A DNA stretch of 64,000 nt, taken from NCBI GenBank assembly GCA_002269645.1, contig NIVC01001419.1:1-64000 (forward strand), read 5' to 3'. Below, one piece after another: positions 1 through 11,315 of this stretch (position 1 is its first letter; the number at the start of each line of letters is the position of its first letter). Source of the DNA: Macrostomum lignano (lineage: Eukaryota). The notes beneath the pieces are model-generated. The model saw only the letters and a program-made list of their open reading frames with translations, was not told the origin of the DNA and made no database searches. The translations under genes were made by a program, and so were the position numbers.

Positions 1-1347
1 GGGAACTTTATATGTTAAGGCTTGTTGGGGACTTGCTGACATGTCAAGGCTTACAAGGGACTGCTGAGGTATATTATTGCAAAGAGATGCTACATGTAGT
101 TTTTAAAAAACTTCTACTGCATTTTTTGGCTTTCCAATGGGGGGTGCTGATTGCTAGTAAACTTCAATAGTTCTTGTCATCAACTTTAGTCCTTAGTTAG
201 CTTTATTTAATACAATGAAATTTCTTCTAATAACTATAAAAAAACATTTTGCTTTTTAGAATATTTAACAAAAGCAAATGACTATGACTTTGGATATTTT
301 TATAGTTATATTTAGTTATAAAGATGTCAAATTTTTTTAAAGGTAAAAGGCAAGTACTATATACCATTGTCCATTGATGCCCCCCTCTCACTTTAAAAGA
401 GTAGGGAGGGCCATAGCCTAGCCTATGGTCCCTGCCCTTTTGTTCTAATGCCTATGATCATTACTCATTTGTTATAATCAATTAATTGCTAATCCAAAAG
501 ATCTTGGATCCTGGATTTGACATAATATAGTCTCTTTAGTCTCTATTTATATAAAATATAAGAATAATAAATAGCTTATACTTAAATAGAAAAATTTAGC
601 ACTCTAGGCCTATTTAGAGAAAATATATAAAAGTTACTAGAAAAAAGGTAAAGGATAGCTAGGTACCATTGATGGCCTTTCCTTTTTTGAAAATCAAAGG
701 GCCATAGCCAATGCCCCTACCCTTCTTGTTCCCCTTTTCTAGTACTTATGTATTATGTTAATTACTTAGGAATAGGACTAGCCTTGATATTACAAGCATA
801 TTTAGTGTTAACTATAATAATAAGCCTAACCATGTCATTATTTTTATTGTAATTATAATTATAATTAGATTAATAATCTAAGAGCCTAATAAAAAGACAA
901 TTTATATAATTTTTTATTCTTTGATTCATAAAACTAGCAATAGGCAAAGGTAGAAAAGACAAAGACTATATTTTATAGACTATATTTATAAAGATAAATA
1001 AGATAAATAAAAAGAATCCAAACAATAAAAAATCAATATAGATTTAAATACTTTTTTATTGCAATGCATTTTGGTCTGCATTGACCATTTTCAAGCAGTT
1101 TATTGGCTAAAGCAAAATTGAAAAAATGAAAAGGATGCAATAGTATATAATATTGAAAAATTGGGCAAGTAAAGCAGAAATTTAAATAGGGTTTTTTTAA
1201 ATGAGCTTAGTAAAGAAGATTTTTCTAGAGAATTGTCACAAATATAACTTTATATTGTTTGTATATTACATATAAAAAAATAAGTGGTTAAAAGGGCATT
1301 GCAACATTTTTGAGCAGAAAAGAAACATGTATATTCCTTAGCCACAT

Positions 1348-1505
1348 TGCAGTCACATTAATTTGGGGCTAAATTGAAATTTTGGCTTGTCTCTGCTTGT
1401 GCAAGGCACAGTAAAGTTATAGTAAATGTGTGTTCGCCTGCTCACCGGTTGGTGGAATGGGCAGTTAAGCCTCTCGTCGGTTGTGACAATGTCGCTTAAA
1501 GTACA
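1348..1505 (+). mobile_element. 5'-truncated, degenerate copy of the tRNA-derived SINE family also found at 42181-42497 and 45582-46157
   Basis: tgcagtcacattaatttggggct...gcctgctc...caatgtcgcttaaag aligns with the reverse complement of 42181-42435. The tRNA-like head is missing. Confidence 0.75.
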
Positions 1506-1638
1506 CTATGGTGCACACAGCCTTCGTGACGGCTTCAATCATTAAATTTCTAATTTCTTCTTTCATGACAGCACAAGTCCAAGTGCTCGATTTGAGTTCG
1601 AGTCTTGATAAAAAGCAGAAAAAAGCCTTTGAAAATTC

Positions 1639-4600
1639 ATGTCTCTCGCTGTTTTATTGCTGCTTGTGCTTGGAACTCAGGCCTACCCAAGCCTAGCATT
1701 CACCAGCTCTGAGCAGGGCGTCAAAGAGGCCGATTTGACTAGCCAGAATCAGTACATGACATTCGCCAAGAGTCTGTACAAGAATGCCGAAATTCTTGTG
1801 CACATTGTTTGTGAGGGCGATGCTCCTGCAGCTGTGCCAACTGGCGCCAATGCTACTCGCTTCCGGATTGGCTGGCGGCTCCGCCAATCGCCTTGCGCCG
1901 AGGAGTACACCGGCGTTGATAAAGATGCTAGGCGAGCGCCTTTGTACTATGAACAGCCGGAGCTGGTGCAGGTAGGGTCACCGGGATGTTGATCGCAAAT
2001 AGATCGCAAATGTGATACTGATCACAATCCATGTTATACTGATCCCAATCTGTGGGATACTGATCCCAATCTATGGGATACAGATCCCAATCTATGGGAT
2101 ACTGATCCCAATATTATGGGATACTGATCTCAATCCATGAGATACTGATCTCAATCTATAGGATACAGATCCCAATTTATAAGATAGTGATCCCAATCCA
2201 TGAGGTACTGATCCCAATCCATGAGGTACAGATTCCAATCTATGGGATACTGATCCCAATCCATGAGGTACAGATTCCAATCCATGAGATACTGATCCCA
2301 ATCCATGAGGTACAGATTCCAATCTATGGGATACTGATCCCAATCCATGAGGTACAGATTCCAATCCATGAGGTACAGATTCCAATCTATGGGATACTGA
2401 TCCCAATCCATGAGGTACAGATTCCAATCCATGAGATACTGATCCCAATCTATGGGATACTGATCCCAATCCATGAGGTACAGATTCCAATCCATGAGAT
2501 ACTGATCCCAATTTGTGGGATACTGATCTCATCTATGGGATACAGATCCCAATCTATAGGATACAGATCCCAATCCATGGGATACCGATCCCAATCTATG
2601 GGATACTAATCACAATCCATGTGATAATGATCCCAATCTATGGGATACTGATCCCAATCTATGGGATACTGATCCCAATCCATGAGATACTGATCCAAAT
2701 CCATGAGATACTGATCCAAATCCATGAGGTACAGATCCCATTCTATGAGATACAGATCCCAATCTAAGAGATACTGATCCCAAACTTATGGATATTAATC
2801 CTAATTCAGGAAAATGCATACTCAAATCCAAGTTATTATGATCCGAATTCTTAAATTCCAATTAATAAATTACTGCTACTTCTCCACCACCTTGAATCCA
2901 GGTAAAAGAGTTCAACTACAAGCAGGTGAAAACCAAGAAATTTCCGGACTGGAACCAGGGCGATGCGGACCAGTGCCTGGTGTGCCACCCGGGCCAGACC
3001 ACCACCCTGCTATTGAAAAATGTCGACCAACGTGGCCCATCCATAATTGCCACCAAGTTTAATCGGGACGGCTCTTCGCTAAGCAACTTTACCGACAATG
3101 TCTCCTCTGCTGCTTCTTCGCCTCACTCTTCTGCTTCTGCTGCTTCTGGAAGTTCCGCCAACAAAAAGCCGACAAGCAATGACAGGCGTAAACGCAAAGC
3201 TGCAGCCCCATCGGCTGGAAAAAAAGTTGCTTCAACGAAAGGTGAATGCGTAAATTTGATTTTGGATATCAACTTCTTTTCTCATCTCCATGGTCACTCG
3301 TGACTGTCATCTCCATGGTCACTCGTGACTCTCATCTCCATGGTCACTCGTGACTCTCATCTCCATGGTCACTCATGACTCTCATCTCCATGGTTACTCA
3401 TGACTATTTAATCTGTTATCAAAGATCCTAACTTTCTCATCAAAGATCCCAAATTTCTCATTAAAGATCCCAACTTTCTCATTAAAGATCCCAACTTTCT
3501 CATCAAAGATCCCAACTTTCTCATCGAACATCCCAACTTTCTCATCGAACATCCCAACTTTCTCATCGAACATCCCAACTTTCTCATCGAACATCCCAAC
3601 TTTATCATCAAAGATCCCAACTTTCTCATCGAACATCCCAACTTTCTCATCAAAGATCGCAACTTTCTCATCAAAAATCGCAACTTTCTCATTAAAGATC
3701 GCAACTTTCTCATCAAAGATCGCAACTTTCTCATCAAAAATCGCAACTTTCTCATTAAAGATCGCAACTTTCTCATCAAAGATCGCAACTTTCTCATCGA
3801 AGATCGCAACTTTCTCATCAAAGATCCTAACTTTCTCATCAAAGATCCCAACTTTCTCATCAAAGATCCTAACTTTCTCATCAAACTTGAAAGTTATAAG
3901 CTTAGAAATGCTCGCCAACCTTCCGCAGCCCCGGCCACCACGCCCGCCCCTCCAGCCGGCAAAGCGGGCCTAATAACTCGCACCTGGGAAGACGGCATCT
4001 ACCTATTAGTACTGCACGCCTACGAGTGCGACACCGCTAGTCTGCCAAACAATTTTCAAGTTCGAGCTCGCGTTGAAATTGTCAACAGGTTTGGCTATTT
4101 GTCCGCTATTGACTGGCCCCTGCTGCCGTTCTTCGGCTCAATGTGCCTGCTGTATCTGCTGTTCGGCCTGCTCTGGCTTGGCCTGTGCGCCAAGTATTGG
4201 CGAGAAATGCTGCGCATCCAGTTTTGTATATCCGGCGTTATCTTTCTGGGCATGCTGGAGAAGGCCCTGTTCTATGCCGAATATCAGAGTATTAATAGCA
4301 CTGGGGTGAGTTTAGTTTTGTATCAGTTCTCCTTACTCTGACCCGTAATTTATAATATCCATCGTTGGCACCACTCTGACCCATTGCTGACCAAAGCTGA
4401 CCCATCGTTAGCACCACTCTGACCCATTGCTGACCCAAGCTGACCCATCGTTGGCACCACTCTGACCCATTGCTGACCAAAGCTGACCCATCGTTGGCAC
4501 CACTCTGACCCATTGCTAACCAAAGCTGACCCATCATAAGCACCACTCTGACCCATTGCTGACCAAAGCTGACCCATCATAAGCACCACTCTAACCCATT

Positions 4601-7561
4601 GCTGACCCAAGCTGACCCATCATAAGCACCACTCTGACCCATTGCTGACCAAAGCTGACCCATCATAAGCACCACTCTGACCCATTGCTGACCCAAGCTG
4701 ACCCATCATAAGCACCACTCTGACCCATTGCTGACCAAAGCTGACCCATCGTTAGCACCACTCTGACCCATTGCTGACCAAAGCTGACCCATCATAAGCA
4801 CCACTCTGACCCATTGCTGACCCAAGCTGACCCATCATAAGCACCACTCTGACCCATTGCTGACCCAAGCTGACCCATCATAAGCACCACTCTGACCCAT
4901 TGCTGACCCAAGCTGACCCATCATAAGCACCACTCTGACCCATTGCTGACCAAAGCTGACCCATCGTTAGCACCACTCTGACCCATTGCTGACCCAAGCT
5001 GACCCATCATAAGCACCACTCTGACCCATTGCTGATCCAAACTGATCCATTATCGCCAACACTCTGACCCATCAGTGACCCAAGCTGATCCATTATCGCC
5101 AACACTCTGACCCATCAGTGGCCCAAGCTGATCCATTATCGCCAGCACTCTGACCCATCAGTGGCCCAAGCTGATCCATTATCGCCAACACTCTGACCCA
5201 TCAGTGACCCAAGCTGATCCATTGTCGCCAGCACTCTGACCCATCAGTGACCCAAGCTGATCCATTATCGCCAGCACTCTGACCCATCAGTGACCCAAGC
5301 TGATCCATTATCGCCAACACTCTGACCCATCAGTGGCCCAAGCTGATCCATTATCGCCAGCACTCTGACCCATCAGTGGCCCAAGCTGATCCATTATCGC
5401 CAACACTCTGACCCATCAGTGACCCAAGCTGATCCATTGTCGCCAACACTATGACCCATCAGTGACCCAAGCTGATCCATTATCGCCAGCACTCTGACCC
5501 ATTATTCATCATGGGTGACCTGTATGCGGCAGTCAATCACGCATAGATCAATCGCTCAAATCTCGCTCAGGTCAGCGTACGCGGAGCCGTCATGCTAGCT
5601 GAGCTGGTGTCCTGCGTGAAGCGTTCGGTCGCTCGCATGCTGGTCCTGATAGTCTGCCTGGGCTATGGCATTGTGAAACCCCGGCTAGGCCAGCTGCAGC
5701 ACAAGGTGATTGCAATCGGACTCGTTTACTTCATCTTCTCAGCCGTTGAGAGCTCCATCAGAGCCATGCGACCGCGGTTTGATCAGTCGCGTAACGCCTT
5801 CTACGCCACCATCCCCCTGGCCGTGACCGACGCCATCATCTGCTGGTGGATCTTCAGCTCGCTGGTGCAGACAATTCGCAACCTGCGAGTTCGGCGCAAC
5901 CTGGTGAAGTTGTCTCTGTACAGGCATTTCACCAATACCTTGGTGTTCTGCGTTGTCTGCTCCGTTGTGTTCATGACCTGGACTGTTAGCAGGCATAAAT
6001 TCGCGCTCTGCATTGCCGCCTGGCGAGAGCTTTGGATTGATGACGCATTCTGGCATCTGCTGTTCTCCGTCATACTGTTTGTTATTATCATTCTGTGGCG
6101 GCCTTCGCAGAATAACCAGCGATACGCGTTCACTCCGCTGCTGGATGCTGGAAATGATAGCGATGAGGATGAGGAGGTGAGGGCGCTGATGACGGATCTA
6201 AAATAACCACGTTATGAAATATCCCATCAATCTGTAGTTATGAAAAATCCCATAAATCTGTAGTTATGAAATATCCCATCAATCTGTAGTTATGAAATAT
6301 CCCATAAATCTGTAGTTATGAAATATCCCATCAATCTGTAGTTATGAAAAATCCCATCAATCTGTAGTTATGAAATATCCCATCAATCTGTAGTTATGAA
6401 ATATCCCATAAATCTGTAGTTATGAAATATCCCATCAATCTGTAGTTATGAAATATCCCATAAATCCGTAGTTATGAAATATCCCATCAATCTGTAGTTA
6501 TGAAACATCCCATAAAATCTGTAGTTATGAAAAATCCCATCAATCTGTAGTTATGAAATATCCCATAAATCTGTAGTTATGAAATATCCCATCAATCTGT
6601 AGTTATGAAAAATCCCATCAATCTGTAGTTATGAAATATCCCATCAATCTGTAGTTATGAAACATCCCATAAAATCTGTAGTTATGAAATATCCCATCAA
6701 TCTGTAGTTATGAAATATCCCATAAATCTGTAGTTATGAAATATCCCATCAATCTGTAGTTATGAAACATCCCATAAAATCTGTAGTTATGAAATATCCC
6801 ATCAATCTGTAGTTATGAAATATCCCATAAATCTGTAGTTATGAAAAATCCCATAAATCTGTAGTTATGAAATATCCCATTAATCTGTAGTTATGAAATA
6901 TCCCATCAATCTGTAGTTATGAAAAATCCCATCAATCTGTAGTTATGAAATATCCCATCAATCTGTAGTTATGAAATATCCCATCAATCTGTAGTTATGA
7001 AATATCCCATAAATCTGTAGTTATGAAATATCCCATCAATCTGTAGTTATGAAACATCCCATAAAATCTGTAGTTATGAAATATCCCATCAATCTGTAGT
7101 TATGAAATATCCCATAAATCTGTAGTTATGAAATATCCCATCAATCTGTAGTTATGAAATATCCCATTAATCTGTAGTTATGAAATATCCCATAAAATCT
7201 AGTTATGAAATATCCCATAAAATCTGTAGTTATGAAATATCCCATACATCAATAGTTATTAAATCTATTAAATTAGAAATTTCTATTTCTAAAACATCCC
7301 AGCAATCTAATTTCAACCTCCCAATACCAGGTGGTGATGGACAACCTGGCCGAAGGTGTCAAAGCTCGAGGCTCGGGCGCCTCTGCCCAGCAACAGCAGC
7401 AGCAGCAGCGATCTCGCCAGTCTAGCAAAGGCGAGGACAGCCTACGCTGGGTGGAAGAGAACATACCACAGTCTCTGGTTGAGAGCACTCTGCCCTCGCT
7501 GCTTCAAGACAGCGACGAGGAAGTACTGACTACTAAATACGAGATGTCGAAGCTGCTGTAA
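1639..7561 (+). CDS. TMEM87: TMEM87A/B-like protein (lung seven-TM / GOST family), 5 exons, about 628 aa
   Basis: join(1639-1971,2902-3241,3929-4305,5571-6176,7331-7561). All introns are GT-AG, phases 0,1,0,0 are consistent, and the total is 1887 nt. Signal peptide MSLAVLLLLVLGTQA. Family motifs RTWEDGIY, GYLSAIDWPLLPFF, LRIQFCISGVIFLGMLEKALFYAEYQ, LGYGIVKPRLG, LWRPSQNNQRYAFTPLLD and C-terminal LRWVEENIP...DSDEE. Confidence 0.93.
2015..2790. repeat. 21-bp minisatellite (gggatactgatcccaatctat) in TMEM87 intron 1
   Basis: About 35 tandem, slightly variable copies. The unit is internally palindromic (gggat...atccc). Confidence 0.95.
3281..3405. repeat. 25-bp minisatellite x5 (ctcatctccatggtcactcgtgact) in TMEM87 intron 2
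   Basis: Units start at 3281, 3306, 3331, 3356 and 3381. Confidence 0.95.
3415..3885. repeat. 21-bp minisatellite (tcaaagatcccaactttctca) in TMEM87 intron 2
   Basis: About 22 tandem copies. It produces the spurious FDEKVGI-repeat ORF on the minus strand. Confidence 0.95.
4355..5505. repeat. 43-bp minisatellite in TMEM87 intron 3, with two sub-variants
   Basis: About 27 copies of ccatcataagcaccactctgacccattgctgaccaaagctgac. The variant changes to ccattatcgccaacactctgacccatcagtgacccaagctgat at about 5040. Confidence 0.95.
6210..7245. repeat. 26-bp minisatellite (gttatgaaatatcccatcaatctgta) in TMEM87 intron 4
   Basis: About 39 tandem copies. Confidence 0.95.
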
Positions 7562-7699
7562 TTGAAATACTAATTGCGTAACTAGATGTGTGATTTTCTG
7601 GGTTTCTTGTGGTGTCACTTAGAAGTTGTTTTATTTATTTATAGAACCTGTCTGAAAATTTGAAGTTACGAGGCTATATACATTCTTACGAAATATCCA

Positions 7700-8235
7700 G
7701 ATCTGAGGTTAAAATCCAGGTGCCAGGTATAATATTCAGGTGCCCAGGTATAATATCCAGGTGCCAGGTATAGTATTAAGGTGCCTGGTATAATATCCAG
7801 GTGCTCAGGTATAATATCCAGGTGCCAGGTATAATATCCAGGTGCCAGGTATAATATCCAGGTGCCCAGGTATAAAATCCAGGTGCCAGGTATAATATCC
7901 AGGTGCCCAGCTATAGAATCCTGGTGCCCAGGTATAAAATCCAGGTGCCCAGGTATAAACTCCAGGTGCCAGGTATAATATCCAGGTGCCCAGCTATAGA
8001 ATCCTGGTGCCCAGGTATAAAATCCAGGTGCCCAGGTATAAACTCCAGGTGCCAGGTATAATATCCAGGTGCCCAGGTATAAAATCCAGGTGCCAGGTAT
8101 AATATCCAGGTGCCCAGCTATAGAATCCTGGTGCCCAGGTATAAAATCCAGGTGCCCAGGTATAAACTCCAGGTGCCCAGGTATAAAATCCTGGTGCCCA
8201 GGTATAAAATCCAGGTGCCCAGGTATAAAATCCAA
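7700..8235. repeat. 20-21-bp minisatellite (ccaggtgcccaggtataaaat) downstream of TMEM87
   Basis: About 26 tandem variable copies. Confidence 0.95.
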
Positions 8236-8923
8236 GTGGCATTTAATTATTGCATCTGAGTATCGAACTAATGATCTATTTCTTGGCTGGAAAAGTTCGC
8301 GAGCAACAAGTATCTTAATAATATATTTATTAACAATTTTAATTTCACTTTGCTAAGCAACTGATATGGATAAAATGTCTATTCATAAGTTATTATTTAC
8401 TCAGCCGAAAAAAACTTTTTTCTGCCCAAGTAGTTTCTTTTGTAGTACCTTTTCGTCTTCAATTTTTTGCACTATTAGTTATCCTGGAGGCTAGAATGTA
8501 TGCATGGTTTACTTTTCATTTTCATTTATTCACCTGTGTTAAATCAATTTTCTGATATAATAAGTGCTAATTTTTATCATTCAAAATACTTCTCGTACTA
8601 TACCCAATCGATGCGACTACTATGAGTAGGAATAAGCGGACTTTTTAATGTTACACTCGTATTGTATTGAAAAAAAATATGTATACACATTTCAATGATG
8701 CCTTGGTGAGTAGTATATTTTGCGTTTTTTATATAAGTTTCATTCCATGACCAATGCGGTTTGATGTTGTTAATTTAAGTATGCTTTCTGTGTTATTCTT
8801 GTATATTAAATATAGTAACTAGTAACTTTCTGTCTGTCTACAGGCATCCTCAGGCAGTCGAATGTGAGTAATAATATGAACTATTTCTGCTGGAACAAAC
8901 TGAGATATTATATTGTAGCATTG

Positions 8924-9164
8924 TGCCGTATGCAGAAGCTCTGCCTAGGGTAGTCCGGTCTTGAAAAGCTAGTCTGGACTTGGATTTGGTTGTTTAGTTC
9001 GGCGATGCAGTTTCAATTTCGGCCTGGTTTTCATTTTGTTATTTCTAAAAGATTGATTAAGAGTTATTTTTAGCTACAGAACTAGGGTAGCTAGACCATA
9101 GACTATAGACTGAACTACCCAAGTCCGGACTAGCTAGTCTGGACTAGGCTTTCTGCATACGGCC
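8924..9164. mobile_element. Small MITE (about 240 bp)
   Basis: TIR gccgtatgcagaa (8925-8937) / ttctgcatacggc (9151-9163), extended imperfect inverted repeats (ctagtc[c/t]ggac), and flanking direct repeat cattg(t) at 8919 and 9165. An internal 50-bp piece recurs at about 9425-9475. Confidence 0.7.
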
Positions 9165-9534
9165 CATTGTCCCAGCCAGTTGTTGGCCTGGCTAGGGGCA
9201 AGCAATTCAATCCTTTTCATTGTCTATGGCCCAACCTCTGAACTTGGCTGCTCCACAGACCTTTTCTTATGGCCATAAACAATTATCCCAAAGGCTTGGA
9301 AAACTCTGTAGTAATGATCCACACATTAATTTTGCCTATCTTACTACCTGCGTGTCAGCGGGTAAAATGATGATATTTAAGTGTTTTTTAAAACCCTGAT
9401 AAGTTCCTCTTTTTAAGCTTGCCTAGTTCCGCGATGCAGTTTTAATTTCGGCCTGGTTTTCATTTTGTTATTTTTTAAAGAAACCTCTAACAGACCCATT
9501 GCAAACGGAGCAAATTTTTGTCATTGCAACTCTT

Positions 9535-9722
9535 AGCTACTAACTCAAGTAGTCTAGAAAGAGTTGTTATAAATGCGAAATGCGATTATAATTTATAAAT
9601 TGACGCAGATGCGGTCTGGACAGAATTCAATTATTGCACGCATCAGATACGAATCTACGGCCCCTGAGTCGCAGACAATGAACCGCCTCAAATTGACTTT
9701 TTGGCGACTTCTACCACGACAT
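9535..9722 (+). repeat. Dispersed repeat, homologous to 26188-26370
   Basis: Shared ctactaactcaag...taaatgcgaaat...gcagatgcg...gagtcgcagacaat...cgcctcaaattgact(t/c)tttggcgactt. Confidence 0.75.
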
Positions 9723-11315
9723 CTCGTTTTTGAGTCGTCTAGATTCACTTCTTTCCTATTATTTTTACCTATGCTACCTACAGCGACTCTGTGGTTGACT
9801 CTGGGATGCTTCTTGGCCTCGGTACCGTTTTCATTGGGAGAAACGAGACTGTTGCATTCGATCCGCAGTCTATAGCCTTGCTTATTGAATTTTGAACTGT
9901 ATTTTTCCTTCTGTTTTTCTCGGTATAATACCAATATTTTTGCTTTTCTTTGTTGTCAGTTGTTGTTATTTTATTACTACTTGTTTGCTTCTCTGTCTGT
10001 AACTAGCTTAAATGTACAAGACCCGGAGTTTTTTCTTTTTAGTAACTTGCTGGATTCATTTATTCGGGCTTTTTAAACTCGTGTTTAGTGAATATTTCTG
10101 TCTTGTTTCACTGTAGTTGTGCGGTTCGGTAAAAACACATTCTATTTATTTATGGACAAATATGTGTAGCTTGCTACTCAGCGTCTTAAACTTGACGATA
10201 TAATAAATATAACCGACTCACCGTATCTCAATAGAAAAAGGCAAACCTGTGACTCTCTTCAATACTGTCACTAAACAGAATTATTATTTATATGTTATTG
10301 TTTTGTAAAAAATATTATTATCTTTGTTATTAAAATGGGGCTATTTATGGGCTTAAGGCTCGTTCACACTGTCGTCAAATGAGCCACCAAATCGCAGTCC
10401 AATGTACTAGTTGTAGGACCCGGAGGTGGGGTGGGGCAGGCCTAAGGCGGATCCCGGTAGGCTGGAACATTTTGAGGTTTTTATAAGTGTCCATGACTCT
10501 GGGATGTGTCCACAGTTAAAGGGCTCGCGTGTGGTGCGTGACACGCGATGTTGGATAGGGTTGGATCTAGTGTTTTGAGTGGTTAAGAAGACAGGATGAG
10601 TTTCTGGCGAACGGTCCGGTTTCCTTGCAATTTTCGAGTAGAGTAGACTAGAGCTTGAGAGTAGAAAATATTGTACATTTAAGCTTAAGTGAAAAACCGG
10701 CTGGCGGAGAAAAGGAGGGAAGGAAAAGAGGGGACAGGGGGACGGCACCGGCCCGCTAGCCAATCACAAGCCGCCGCCGTGGGGAGGGGCTATAAGGCAG
10801 AGAGAGAGCGTAGGCCAGGCCAGGGTTGAGGCGTGAACCCCCAAACCCGGCCTGACCTAGCCGGGCCAATCAGAGCGCGGGATAGACTGCATATAGCACA
10901 AAAAAACCAAAGTAGATGTCAACTTAAGCCCGAAGTTTAGCTCCGGACAAAACCGACTTGCAAGTGAAAACTTTCCAAACTTCCGAGCCATGCAGCTGCG
11001 AGCCAGAAACGCCAGTTGCAGCAAACGCAAATAGTGAGATGAAATTGGCTGTGACACTTTCGAAGCAACAGTTTTGTCCGGGCTTCACTCATTCCGGCTC
11101 TTAAGAGCGCCAGTTGACCTCCCTTTTTCGTCTGTTTGTTACATCAGGAAAGAAAACTCCTCCAGAGTCTGCATTGGAGTTTTTATCGCGTTATCGAAAA
11201 ATAACAAATTTATTCTTTCTATGCAATTTAAAGTTAGTAAATTTTTGTCCTTGACTCCTTGGGTAGCGTTGTGATTTTTTATCATTTAATGTCAGAAACA
11301 AGTTCATCTGTCATC

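Noticed and set aside
2092-8356. Repetitive ORFs in the track (VSHGLGS, FDEKVGI, MGQSGAND, PGHLDFI and similar)
   Set aside because: They are translations of intronic or intergenic minisatellites, open in several frames and on both strands, and lie within introns defined by the TMEM87 model or just downstream of it.
9230-9340. Possible LINE reverse-transcriptase remnant on the minus strand (FSK.F-like)
   Set aside because: Only a few residues match, a frameshift is needed, and no other RT motifs were found.
10355-10375. Harbinger-like terminus (ttaa|ggctcgttcacact)
   Set aside because: No matching inverted end was found nearby.
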